Assembly (NCBI GenBank): GCA_043818055.1 | Contig: JBDRGF010000077.1 | Coordinates: 1-16,385, forward strand | Reading direction: 5' to 3' | Length of the DNA stretch: 16,385 nucleotides | Source of the DNA: Pseudomonadota bacterium | GTDB taxonomy: Bacteria > UBA10199 > 2-02-FULL-44-16 > JBDRGF01 | Part shown: positions 1 through 8,691 of the stretch, one piece after another | How positions within the stretch are numbered: the stretch's first letter is position 1 | Layout: each line of letters opens with the position of its first letter | Translations under genes and position numbers: made by a program | The notes under the pieces: model-generated | Database searches by the model: none | Told to the model about the DNA's origin: nothing | Seen by the model: the letters and a program-made list of their open reading frames with translations, nothing else

Positions 1-190
1 CAAACTTCTCTTCAAAGTTTTTTATGGTCTCTTTGCCTATGTACTCGTTCCAGTTATATACATTTAGCACCTCGGAAAATTTTTCCTCTCTCGCAGTAAA
101 GTCCTTAAAATGATATTTAAAAAAGAAGACAACACCTGATAAGATGACTAATCCTAGCATCGATAATAAAAGCTTTGATTTATTTTTCAC
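1..190 (-). CDS. Spermidine/putrescine ABC transporter substrate-binding protein (PotD/PotF family), 5' part; runs off the left edge
   Basis: Not in the ORF track. Manual translation from GTG at 190: MKNKSKLLLSMLGLVILSGVVFFFKYHFKDFTAREEKFSEVLNVYNWNEYIGKETIKNFEEKF. Basic N-terminus plus hydrophobic anchor, then the PotD-type LNVYNWxEYI..I..FE motif; AAAGGGG RBS-like sequence upstream. Confidence 0.8.
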   Translation of the reverse strand, partial: MKNKSKLLLSMLGLVILSGVVFFFKYHFKDFTAREEKFSEVLNVYNWNEYIGKETIKNFEEKF

Positions 191-279
191 GTTCGCCCCT
201 TTCAAATTGACTGAATTGCGAAAATCTATCATAGTCCATATACAATTTCCAGCTGTATCGCATTTATCTGGGGGGGGAG

Positions 280-1422
280 ATGGCAAATTTAAAAAAATAT
301 TCGGTCTTAGTTATCACTGTCGCGTTTTTATTATTTTCGCAAAGGGTTTACGCGTCGGAAAATAATGTCACTGGCAGCTTTGAAGCTTTTGGTCACATCG
401 TCACAGGCGTCGGATTTCAGCATTTCAGCAACGATGCTGTTACAGAGTGGAGCAATGACGGGTCGTTTCCCGGCGTTATCGGCTCCTATATTCCAAATGT
501 CGCTAACGCTGTTGTTCCTAGCCCGGGGCAAAACAATTTCCAATTTTACGTGGATACAGCAGAGCTAGATATAACAAAATCATTCGGAAAGAATATCAGA
601 TTGAGGACCGATCTAGAATTTGGCCGTATCGCCTCTGGCTCTTTTTTCAATTTCAACCTCGAACAGGCTTATGCCACTCTGAACATCCCCTTGGGAAGCG
701 GCATCGAAATGCTTATAGGACGCTTCTGGGGGCCTTGCGGACTTGAAGCGGAAGACTCATATGACAACGAGATGATCTCTTGGAGTATACTCTCCCGCGC
801 TAATTTGTATCCTTTGTCATTAACCGGCGTTAAATTTTACTATTCCTTCAGCGACCTCGTCAGCCTTCATTTTTTCATAGTCAACGGCATCACAAACGAC
901 ACATCCATAAAGGTGAGTGACATGCCCTCGTTTGCAATGACACTTAATTTCGAATGGGGAGACGAGGATGCCAAAAACAACATCACCCTGACACCCTATT
1001 TTGGAGCAGAGAGCAACAGCAACAGGCACTTCACATACGCTTTTAACCTCGACGCTGGTTTTTACGTGACACCGAAATTCGTCATCAAGGGACAAGGGAT
1101 ATTCAGAAGGGATAACGGCTTTGGCGGGCCGAACTCGGAATATGCGGCAGGGCTCTTGATATTACAATACGACTTTTATAAATCCCTGTATGGGGTACTC
1201 AAATACGCATACGCCAACCAGTTCGACGCATCGAACGGCGTGCTAAACCTTACAGGCGCTAAACAGCAGATCCACGAGATGAGCATAGGTGGGGGCTACT
1301 CTTTAACCGACGACGCTATGATCAAATTCGAAACCCGCTTCGACTTCATAGATCCTGCCACAGGGGTCGGCAGCAACCAGTGGAACATCGGCGCTGCTAT
1401 GGCGTTCGCATATCAGTTCTAG
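280..1422 (+). CDS. Outer-membrane beta-barrel protein (putative porin, BBP2/DUF1597-like)
   Basis: Signal peptide ending VYA-S, amphipathic beta strands, LEQAY and GRFxxPxGxE motifs typical of this porin group, C-terminal AYQF (terminal Phe); G-rich RBS. Confidence 0.75.
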   Translation: MANLKKYSVLVITVAFLLFSQRVYASENNVTGSFEAFGHIVTGVGFQHFSNDAVTEWSNDGSFPGVIGSYIPNVANAVVPSPGQNNFQFYVDTAELDITKSFGKNIRLRTDLEFGRIASGSFFNFNLEQAYATLNIPLGSGIEMLIGRFWGPCGLEAEDSYDNEMISWSILSRANLYPLSLTGVKFYYSFSDLVSLHFFIVNGITNDTSIKVSDMPSFAMTLNFEWGDEDAKNNITLTPYFGAESNSNRHFTYAFNLDAGFYVTPKFVIKGQGIFRRDNGFGGPNSEYAAGLLILQYDFYKSLYGVLKYAYANQFDASNGVLNLTGAKQQIHEMSIGGGYSLTDDAMIKFETRFDFIDPATGVGSNQWNIGAAMAFAYQF

Positions 1423-1448
1423 CCCCCCTCCCCTTCGCAGGCAACCCT

Positions 1449-1482
1449 GGATCCTTCGACTCGCTGCGCTCGCTCAGGATGA
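1449..1482. repeat. REP-like palindromic repeat (GATCCTTCGACTCGCTGCGCTCGCTCAGGATGA; reverse strand reads ILSERSESKDP)
   Basis: ATCCT...AGGAT arms around CGCT-rich core; resembles the widespread TCATCCTGAGCG...GAAGGATC intergenic repeat class. Confidence 0.6.
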
Positions 1483-1529
1483 GGGGGCGGTAAGGGTAGC
1501 ATCTATCTATTCTCCGCCCCCTCATTTTT
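1479..1529 (+). terminator. Probable intrinsic terminator after the porin gene
   Basis: Perfect 12-bp inverted repeat ATGAGGGGGCGG (1479-1490) / CCGCCCCCTCAT (1514-1525), extra wobble pairing inside the loop, followed by TTTT. Confidence 0.5.
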
Positions 1530-1571
1530 CTCTGGACAGCATCGAACGAAGAGATATAGGACTTCCCTATT

Positions 1572-2942
1572 ATGGTAACGATAAGACCACAGCATGACAC
1601 GATAGCCGCTATCATAACACCTCCCGGATTCGGGGGCGTCGGCATCGTCAGATTATCGGGAAAGGGTGTGAGATCGGTCTTCAAACGCATCTGGAAGGGA
1701 AGGGCTATCAACACCTTCGAAGCAAGAAAGCTCTATCTGGGGAAGATTATAAGCAGCGATAGCGATGTCATAGACGAAGTACTGACCGTATATTTTAAGG
1801 AAAAATCCTCATATACCGGAGAGGAGACTTACGAGATCTTCGGACATGGCGGACAAATCGTGATGAAGGAGATCCTCACTGCGGCTCTGATCGCCGGTGC
1901 CAGATCGGCAGAACCGGGAGAGTTCACGAAGAGGGCATTTTTAAATGGCAAGCTCGATCTCGCCCAGGCCGAATCGGTAGCTGATCTCATATCATCACTC
2001 TCCACACAAAGCCTCAAAGTGGCCAACCGCCAGCTCTCGGGCGTGCTCTCGAAAGAGATCAATAAGATAAAGGATTCCGTAATCGAGCTGAGATCTATCT
2101 GCGAGGCCTCTTTAGATTTTACGGATGACGATGCGGCTGTCATAGAATCATCACAGATCACAACCCCTCTCTCTGATCTCATCGACAGGCTCGAGGATAT
2201 ACTTGCAACATATAATGAAGGAAGAATATTGAAGGAGGGGGTTCAGGTCGCGATCATAGGCGCACCCAATGTCGGCAAGTCGAGCCTATTCAACGAATTG
2301 ATCAAAGAGGATCGGGCGATCGTTCACGAGGAGGCCGGCACCACACGCGATATCATAAGCGAGTCGATCACCATCGGCGGGCTTCCCTACTTCCTCCACG
2401 ACTCGGCGGGATTGAGACAAACTCCGAGTCCGATTGAATCGATCGGAATAGGACGCGCGCGCGAACTGATGGAAAGAACGGATCTCAAACTCATAGTATT
2501 CGACTCTTCAAAGGAGATGAGTTCAGATGACAAAGAGCTCATCTCCCAATCAAATGATAACCGCGCGATCATCGTGTTGAACAAATCTGACCTCGCCTCT
2601 CGAATAGACAGATCGATCTTTCCTCAAAACAAAAGAATCACATCCGTATCCGCTAAGACAGGTTCGGGGATGGATGAGCTAAAACAGATGATGAGCGAAA
2701 TCGCCCAACCATCACATACCGAAGAGGGAATTACTATAACTAATGCCCGCCACAAAACAGCAATTGAAAGCGCCCTATCCGAATTCATGAGGGCGAGGGA
2801 TCTGACCGAAACCGACGAATCGTACACATTCGTCGCATATCACTTAAGAATGGCGCAGGATCATCTCTCGGAGATCACAGGAGAGGTAGTCGATGAAGAT
2901 GTGCTCAATAGAATTTTTTCGAAGTTTTGTATAGGTAAGTAA
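1572..2942 (+). CDS. mnmE: tRNA modification GTPase MnmE (TrmE)
   Basis: DTIAAIITPPGxGGVGIVRLSG, SYTGE, PGEFTKRAFLNGKLDLAQAE, G1 GAPNVGKSS, GTTRD, DSAG, NKSD, SAK, C-terminal FCIGK. Confidence 0.98.
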   Translation: MVTIRPQHDTIAAIITPPGFGGVGIVRLSGKGVRSVFKRIWKGRAINTFEARKLYLGKIISSDSDVIDEVLTVYFKEKSSYTGEETYEIFGHGGQIVMKEILTAALIAGARSAEPGEFTKRAFLNGKLDLAQAESVADLISSLSTQSLKVANRQLSGVLSKEINKIKDSVIELRSICEASLDFTDDDAAVIESSQITTPLSDLIDRLEDILATYNEGRILKEGVQVAIIGAPNVGKSSLFNELIKEDRAIVHEEAGTTRDIISESITIGGLPYFLHDSAGLRQTPSPIESIGIGRARELMERTDLKLIVFDSSKEMSSDDKELISQSNDNRAIIVLNKSDLASRIDRSIFPQNKRITSVSAKTGSGMDELKQMMSEIAQPSHTEEGITITNARHKTAIESALSEFMRARDLTETDESYTFVAYHLRMAQDHLSEITGEVVDEDVLNRIFSKFCIGK

Positions 2943-2996
2943 AGTGCGTAAGTGTAGAAGATAAACCAAGACCTATTAAACAAAACTCAAACACTT

Positions 2997-4943
2997 ATGA
3001 TAGATATTTTCGACATCATAGTAGTTGGTGGCGGCCATGCGGGTTGTGAGGCGGCGCTTGCTGCGGCTCGTCTTGGCTGCAATACGCTGCTGCTGTGCGG
3101 CTTCAAAGACCGCGTCGCGGCGATGAGCTGCAATCCTGCAATCGGCGGGCTTGCCAAGGGACACCTTGTTCGCGAGATAGATGCATTGGGCGGCGAGATG
3201 GGAAGGATCGCGGATGCAACGGGGATTCAATTCAGGCGCCTCAATATGAGTAAAGGGCCTGCAGTTCGTGGCACTAGATGCCAGTCGGATAGAAAATTAT
3301 ATTCTCTTGCGATGCGCGAGGTGTTGGAGAAAACGCAAAACCTTACAATTGAAGAGGGGATTGTCTCCACTGTCATTCCCGCGGAAGCGGGAATCCATTC
3401 CAATCCTGAATGCACTCTGGATCCCCGCTTTCGCGGGGATGACAAACCGCACGGGGATAGCACCTTGAGTGTCAAACTCGATGACGGGCGCGAATTCCAC
3501 GCAAAAAAAATCATCATCGCAGCCGGCACATTTTTGCGAGGACTCTTACACTTCGGGCTCACACATGTCGAGGGAGGACGCATCGACGACTTTTCGGCGA
3601 ACGCCCTTTCATCATCGCTTGAAAAATTGGGTTTCACGCTCGGCCGTCTTAAAACCGGCACTTGTCCGCGCATAAAAAGATCAAGCATCAACTTCGACCT
3701 GCTCGAACCGCAATTCGGCGACAACCCAAGGCCGCGCTTTTCATTCGATCAAGTCGAGAATCATCTGGAGCAAAAGGAATGTTTTATCGCTTATACAAAC
3801 GAGAAGACACATGAAGCGATAAAGTCCGGCCTTGACCGCTCACCTCTCTATTCTGGAAAGATCCAGGGGGTGGGACCGCGCTACTGTCCATCGATCGAGG
3901 ACAAGATCGTGCGCTTCGCGGATAAAGACCGCCATCAGATTTTCATCGAGCCGGAAGGATGTGATACAGACTGGATGTATCTCAATGGGCTCTCTACATC
4001 ACTCCCCATCGATGTGCAGAAAAAAATGCTAAAAACAATCCCCGGCCTTGAAAGGGCAGAGATCGTGCAATCGGGATATGCTGTCGAATATGACTACGCG
4101 CCACCTACGCAGCTAAAGGCTTCGCTCGAAACTAAACTCATCAACGGTTTATATTTTGCAGGACAGATAAACGGCACGTCCGGATACGAAGAGGCGGCGG
4201 CTCAGGGGCTGATGGCAGGCATCAACGCGGCGCGATCGCTAAAAGGTGAAGAGCCTCTAATATTGCGCCGGGAACAGGCATACATCGGCATTTTAATCGA
4301 CGACCTCGTCACAAAGGGGACTGAGGAGCCGTATCGCATGTTCACATCGCGCGCGGAATACAGATTGCTGCTTCGCGAGGACAACGCCGACAGACGACTC
4401 ACGAAGATTGGGCGCGAGATCGGGCTTATCGCGGATGACCGCTGGAAGAGGTTTTCCACATTCGACAGGAATATAGAAACTGCGATCGCAGGATTGAAGA
4501 AAAAGAGATTCTATCCGACTGAAGAGTTCAATTCCAAGCTCCTTAAACTCGGCCTCGCCCCTGCAAAAAAACCGCTCACGGCAACTGAGCTTTTGGGAAG
4601 ACCTGAGCTAAATTTAAAGTTATTAGCTGAAGAGTTCGACCTCGACGAGATCACCCATCTCTCTGAAGATGAGCTCGATTTGACCTACGTTGAGATAAAA
4701 TACTGGGGATACTTGAGGGCGCAGGAACAGCGGGCAAGGGAGCTTGAAGATCTCGAGCACATAAAGATCCCCGATGACTTTTGCTACACGAAGCTGCCTG
4801 GCCTTTCGCTCGAGGTACAGCAAAAACTTAACAAGGTGAGACCTGCAACCCTTGGACAGGCCTCCCGCATCCCGGGGCTAACACCTGCGGCGATTCATGT
4901 GTTGATGGTTTATTTGAGAAAGTGTAGAAGCGTAGGGGTGTAG
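2997..4943 (+). CDS. mnmG: tRNA uridine-5-carboxymethylaminomethyl(34) synthesis enzyme MnmG (GidA), with an in-frame repeat-derived insertion
   Basis: FAD motif [74 protein letters not shown]; adjacent to mnmE. Confidence 0.98.
   Translation: MIDIFDIIVVGGGHAGCEAALAAARLGCNTLLLCGFKDRVAAMSCNPAIGGLAKGHLVREIDALGGEMGRIADATGIQFRRLNMSKGPAVRGTRCQSDRKLYSLAMREVLEKTQNLTIEEGIVSTVIPAEAGIHSNPECTLDPRFRGDDKPHGDSTLSVKLDDGREFHAKKIIIAAGTFLRGLLHFGLTHVEGGRIDDFSANALSSSLEKLGFTLGRLKTGTCPRIKRSSINFDLLEPQFGDNPRPRFSFDQVENHLEQKECFIAYTNEKTHEAIKSGLDRSPLYSGKIQGVGPRYCPSIEDKIVRFADKDRHQIFIEPEGCDTDWMYLNGLSTSLPIDVQKKMLKTIPGLERAEIVQSGYAVEYDYAPPTQLKASLETKLINGLYFAGQINGTSGYEEAAAQGLMAGINAARSLKGEEPLILRREQAYIGILIDDLVTKGTEEPYRMFTSRAEYRLLLREDNADRRLTKIGREIGLIADDRWKRFSTFDRNIETAIAGLKKKRFYPTEEFNSKLLKLGLAPAKKPLTATELLGRPELNLKLLAEEFDLDEITHLSEDELDLTYVEIKYWGYLRAQEQRARELEDLEHIKIPDDFCYTKLPGLSLEVQQKLNKVRPATLGQASRIPGLTPAAIHVLMVYLRKCRSVGV
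3371..3444. repeat. Inverted doublet of dRS3/RPE-like palindromic units inside mnmG
   Basis: TGTCATTCCCGCGGAAGCGGGAATCCA (3371-3397) and inverted copy TGGATCCCCGCTTTCGCGGGGATGACA (3418-3444), 20-bp spacer; 3375-3394 fits ATTCCC-N8-GGGAAT. Translates in frame as VIPAEAGIH...LDPRFRGDD. Confidence 0.9.
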
Positions 4944-4964
4944 AAGTTCTGAAGGAAAAATTAT

Positions 4965-5414
4965 ATGGCGATTTTTCTGGTACAGCACGGAAAGGCTTTA
5001 TCCAAGGATGTTGATCTCCAGAGATCGCTCTCTGAAGAGGGAAAACAAGAGACCCACAAAATTGCCAGCATTTTGAAATCTCAAGAAATCACAATTTCCA
5101 AAATCTACCACAGCGGGAAGAAGCGCGCGCAAGAAACAGCGGAGTTGTTCGCATCCGCTGTCGGTTCAGACGTTGAGAAGATGGATGGACTATCCCCTGA
5201 CGATGATGTCGCTGCGATCGCGCAAAAATTGGATCCAAGCGCCAACATCATGATCGTCGGTCACCTCCCCTTCATGAAAAGGCTCGTCTCATACCTGATC
5301 GCAGGAAATATTGATAAGCCTATCATCAAATTTCAGAACAGCGGCGTGGTCTGTCTCGATAAAGATGATGATGGCGATTGGATAATCAGATGGGCTGTGG
5401 TGCCTAAGCAATAA
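4965..5414 (+). CDS. sixA: Phosphohistidine phosphatase SixA
   Basis: LVQHGKA (RHG-type motif with Q), R.LS..G, HSGKKRAQETA, MIVGHLP; 149 aa. Confidence 0.9.
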   Translation: MAIFLVQHGKALSKDVDLQRSLSEEGKQETHKIASILKSQEITISKIYHSGKKRAQETAELFASAVGSDVEKMDGLSPDDDVAAIAQKLDPSANIMIVGHLPFMKRLVSYLIAGNIDKPIIKFQNSGVVCLDKDDDGDWIIRWAVVPKQ

Positions 5415-5436
5415 TAAAAACAACAAACATAAAATT

Positions 5437-6480
5437 TTATTTCTTTTCTTCCAATTCCTTCATGATTTCCCGTTTCAATTTTCTTGCGTCGGGAAGTTTT
5501 CCAGCCAGAACCTTAGGAAGTTTGGACGTAAAACAATATTCAGCAACACCGACAGGTTTCTGAATACCTCTAAGTGCATATTCCACTTCAAAGTTGTCTC
5601 GATCAGCACACATGATAATACCTATGGAAGGGTTCTCATCTTTCTCCCTGACATAGTCGTCGAGAAGATTGAGATAGAAGTTCATCTTACCTGCATATTC
5701 GGGTAGAAATTTTCCTACCTTTAATTCAATGGCCACTAAACACTTCAGCCGCCTATGGTAAAACAAAAGATCAATAAAATATTCTCTATTCCTTGCTTTA
5801 ATTCGGTATTGATTTCCGAGAAATGAAAAACCATAACCCAACTCCAAAAGCACATCTTTGATTGTTGCAACCATCCGGTTTTCCAATTCCCGCTCTACAA
5901 CTGGTTTTGTAATACCCAGAAAATCAAGCATATAAACATCCTTCATGCTCTTGTCTGCCTGCTCAGCCAAGTGAACGGGAAGTGCTCTTTCAAAGTTATG
6001 CTGTTTGGGGGCTAATGTATGTCTTTCATAAGCCTGAGCCTTAATCTGATTCAATAGAACACTTCGACTCCACCCCATTTCAGCGGTTGCCTGCAAGTAA
6101 TACTTCCTCCCATCAAAAGCCTTAACTCTTTGCATAATAAGAATATTTTGTCCCCATGGTATTTCTCCAACAAGCTGTTGGAGAATTGAATTATCACGAT
6201 ACTCAAGAAAAAATTGACGCATATACCATAGGTTTTGAACAGAAAACCCTGAAGTCCCTTGAAATTCGTTTCTTAAATCTTTTGAAAGCTGCTCGACTAC
6301 TGCCTTCCCCCAACCAAGCTTCTCCTGTTTTTCTATGATGCCTCTCCCAATTTCCCAATAAAGTGAAATCTGTTCCTTATTTACAGCTCTAGCAGCTGAG
6401 ATTCTTGCAGACCTGATGCGGTTTTTAATGGCATTAAGAAATTCAACATAGTCACCTGTCTTTGTAAGGGTTTTGTTCAT
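5437..6480 (-). CDS. DUF1016/YhcG family PD-(D/E)XK nuclease domain protein (copy A)
   Basis: LYWEIG..I...Q...GWG, GFS..NLWYMRQF, KDVYMLDFLG, LELGYGF, IDLLFYHRRLKCLVAIELK, GKMNFYL. Start placed at ATG 6480, which overlaps the upstream stop as ATGA (ORF track gives 6498). Confidence 0.92.
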   Translation of the reverse strand: MNKTLTKTGDYVEFLNAIKNRIRSARISAARAVNKEQISLYWEIGRGIIEKQEKLGWGKAVVEQLSKDLRNEFQGTSGFSVQNLWYMRQFFLEYRDNSILQQLVGEIPWGQNILIMQRVKAFDGRKYYLQATAEMGWSRSVLLNQIKAQAYERHTLAPKQHNFERALPVHLAEQADKSMKDVYMLDFLGITKPVVERELENRMVATIKDVLLELGYGFSFLGNQYRIKARNREYFIDLLFYHRRLKCLVAIELKVGKFLPEYAGKMNFYLNLLDDYVREKDENPSIGIIMCADRDNFEVEYALRGIQKPVGVAEYCFTSKLPKVLAGKLPDARKLKREIMKELEEKK

Positions 6481-7343
6481 AATGAAGTATTCTTCCAATT
6501 TTGAACTTCCTTCATTCGTTTATTCCATATATCGCGTGCCTTTGCCATCATTTCATCATCAGCCCACGCTTTATCAAGATTTTTGAGGTGGTCATATTGA
6601 GGACATGGGATAGGGGATATCATGCTCTCATTCTTAAGAACCCAGAGAAGAGCTGAAAAGACCTGAAATATCGCCTTGTGACATTCATCTATTTTATTGA
6701 GTGTAACCCTCTTCTCATCTTCCGATAATTTATTTCTGCTCTCCTCATCGGCCGCATGGGCCATATATTTGTTTGAATATTTTTGAATGTCTTTGCATGT
6801 TTCAAGTTTTTTATTGAGATCGTCAAAGAAACTCTCTTTGATCTTATCGCATTTATTTCTTTTATTCTCATCGACTCCCGATAGTTTATCAAATTCTTCA
6901 TGTCTTATTTTGGATTCTGGCCACGCATCTTTGGCATCTAAGATGGTGAAACCCCTCTTTTGCTCTTTTCTAGGCTCGTCGAAATCATAGGATAATCCAT
7001 TTATACAGACGTAATTCTCACGGGTGATCACATCAATATTTTCTTTCATATCATCGATGAGTCGGCACAGGGATATTACATCTTTTCGCTTATCCACAAG
7101 CCGCCTAATAAAAAACGCTTGTGTTGTAACAAATCCCGAAACCAGAAGATTAAGTATTGGTTCGTTAAAACCAATATTTGGCTTTGGATGTTGAGATGCT
7201 ATTTTCCCCAACTCACCCACCACGAGAAAAAGCGCGTAATCCCAGGACATCTGATATAACTGCTTACAAATGGCGTGTTCATCTTTTTCAAGCCAGTCCA
7301 ACCACTTGCTGTGAAGATTTTTAAACGATTTTTCTTCTGTCAT
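6477..7343 (-). CDS. HEPN AbiU2-like domain protein (putative abortive-infection/toxin RNase fold)
   Basis: All-helical character; IRRLVDK....ISL.RL and late KYSNKYMAH motif resembling the AbiU2-type R/xNKxxAH; GGAGGGGG RBS. Confidence 0.6.
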   Translation of the reverse strand: MTEEKSFKNLHSKWLDWLEKDEHAICKQLYQMSWDYALFLVVGELGKIASQHPKPNIGFNEPILNLLVSGFVTTQAFFIRRLVDKRKDVISLCRLIDDMKENIDVITRENYVCINGLSYDFDEPRKEQKRGFTILDAKDAWPESKIRHEEFDKLSGVDENKRNKCDKIKESFFDDLNKKLETCKDIQKYSNKYMAHAADEESRNKLSEDEKRVTLNKIDECHKAIFQVFSALLWVLKNESMISPIPCPQYDHLKNLDKAWADDEMMAKARDIWNKRMKEVQNWKNTSL

Positions 7344-7413
7344 CTCCCCCTCCGCCTTTTAGCAATTCACGAATTAATCGCGCTTTCTGATTATTATTGT
7401 TCCCTACCCCAAT

Positions 7414-7429
7414 CCCCTCTCATTTGCAA
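7414..7429. repeat. Junction repeat A, copy 1 (CCCCTCTCATTTGCAA)
   Basis: Identical 16-mer at 8664-8679; both copies lie upstream of a minus-strand gene start. Confidence 0.8.
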
Positions 7430-7509
7430 GATTGGGTTAATGATCGTAGCATTTTCACCAATTTCGAGATCGATCGCCACCTCTTCATCTTTTCCTGAAC
7501 TATATCAAT

Positions 7510-8646
7510 TTATTTTTTCTTCCTCTTTTTATTTGTATCCATCCCTAATTCTGCTTCAATTTCTTCAATTGTCGGCAGGTTACCTTTGAGTTCTTTTGGC
7601 AGTTTTTCAACGATCTTTGTTTCCCACCCCGCAACACCTATCGGCTTCTTCAGATCCCTCAGCGCATATTCTACAACGATCTTATTTTTAGACTTGCACA
7701 ATAATAATCCTATTGTGGGTTTATCGTCCGGGTGGCGAAGAAGATCGTCAACTGCCGACAAATAAAGATTCATCTGACCTACAAAAGATGCATCAAATGG
7801 AACAGCTTTAAGCTCTACTATAACAAAGCAACGAAGTTTTAGATGATAGAAAACAAGATCGAGGTAAAAATCCTGATCCCCAATTTCAAGATGCACCTGT
7901 TTGCCTACATACGCAAAACCGGCACCCAACTCCAAAAGAAACCGCTGTATATTGTCAACCAACGCCTGTTCCACTTCTCGTTCCCGCCTCGGATCGGCAG
8001 TCCCAAGAAAATCGAAAAGGTAAGGATCTTTAAAAACTTGTGTTGCCATGTCGGATTCAACAGGCGGCAAAACATTGCTGAAGTTTGTTAGGGCTTTGCC
8101 TTGACGCTCATACACAGAAGTCTCAATATGAAGACACAAGATGGGTTGAGACCAGCCATTTTTAATTGTCTGCTCTGCATACCAAAGACGGGAAGCTGGC
8201 TTGTTCAACTTTTCTAACAATGCAATGTTCTGTCGCCATGGTATTTGTGCAATGACCCGTTGCACAATTGTCCTGTCTGGCCATGCCGCAGCAAATGCGC
8301 GCATATATTTGAGATTCCGAGGCGAAAGACCGCGCATATCGGGAAATTCCTTTTTGAGATCAGTTGCTAGTCGATCTATAATTCTGGCTCCCCATCCCTC
8401 CTTTTCCTGTCGATTAAGAATTGAGCGACCGATGTCCCAATAAAGAAGAACCATTACAGAATTGGCTGCCAGAACGGTCCGCAAGCGCTCTCGGGAAATC
8501 AGACTTTTGATTTCGTTTAAGACATGAGCATAATCCTGTGGCAAATGCGCATGTGATCCGGGTGCAGTAAATAACGCATCCTCTCTTTTTCGAATAAGCG
8601 CTTTTCGCTCACCCAAGATGGATTTCCTTTTATGCTTAGATTTCAT
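7510..8646 (-). CDS. DUF1016/YhcG family PD-(D/E)XK nuclease domain protein (copy B)
   Basis: LLYWDIG..IL.RQ..EGWG, GLSPRNLKYMRAFA, FKDPYLFDFLG, FLLELGAGFAYVG, LDLVFYHLKLRCFVIVELK, LPTIEEIEAEL. Start uncertain: ATG 8646 preferred over TTG 8679. Confidence 0.92.
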   Translation of the reverse strand: MKSKHKRKSILGERKALIRKREDALFTAPGSHAHLPQDYAHVLNEIKSLISRERLRTVLAANSVMVLLYWDIGRSILNRQEKEGWGARIIDRLATDLKKEFPDMRGLSPRNLKYMRAFAAAWPDRTIVQRVIAQIPWRQNIALLEKLNKPASRLWYAEQTIKNGWSQPILCLHIETSVYERQGKALTNFSNVLPPVESDMATQVFKDPYLFDFLGTADPRREREVEQALVDNIQRFLLELGAGFAYVGKQVHLEIGDQDFYLDLVFYHLKLRCFVIVELKAVPFDASFVGQMNLYLSAVDDLLRHPDDKPTIGLLLCKSKNKIVVEYALRDLKKPIGVAGWETKIVEKLPKELKGNLPTIEEIEAELGMDTNKKRKKK

Positions 8647-8663
8647 AATCCGCAAGATATCCC

Positions 8664-8679
8664 CCCCTCTCATTTGCAA
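8664..8679. repeat. Junction repeat A, copy 2
   Basis: Identical to 7414-7429; here part of an imperfect palindrome TCTCA-TTTGCAAA-GT-TGAGA. Confidence 0.8.
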
Positions 8680-8691
8680 AGTTGAGAAAAA

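Noticed and set aside
1397..1714. 105-aa minus-strand ORF containing ILSERSESKDP
   Set aside because: Antisense to mnmE and the porin end; the motif is a translated repeat.
3227..3724. Overlapping ORFs 3227-3724, 3268-3468 and 3297-3500 containing WIPAFAGMT / VIPAKAGIQ
   Set aside because: Alternate-frame translations of the palindromic repeat inside mnmG.
4965..4994. SixA QHG instead of RHG as a sign of inactivation
   Set aside because: The catalytic His is retained and QHG variants are common among SixA homologs in my recollection.
7402..7443. attC-like look on the minus strand (CATTAAC-CCAATC...GATTGG-GGTAGGG)
   Set aside because: Only about 40 bp, right end is not GTTRRRY, no similar sites at other junctions and no integron integrase in the window.
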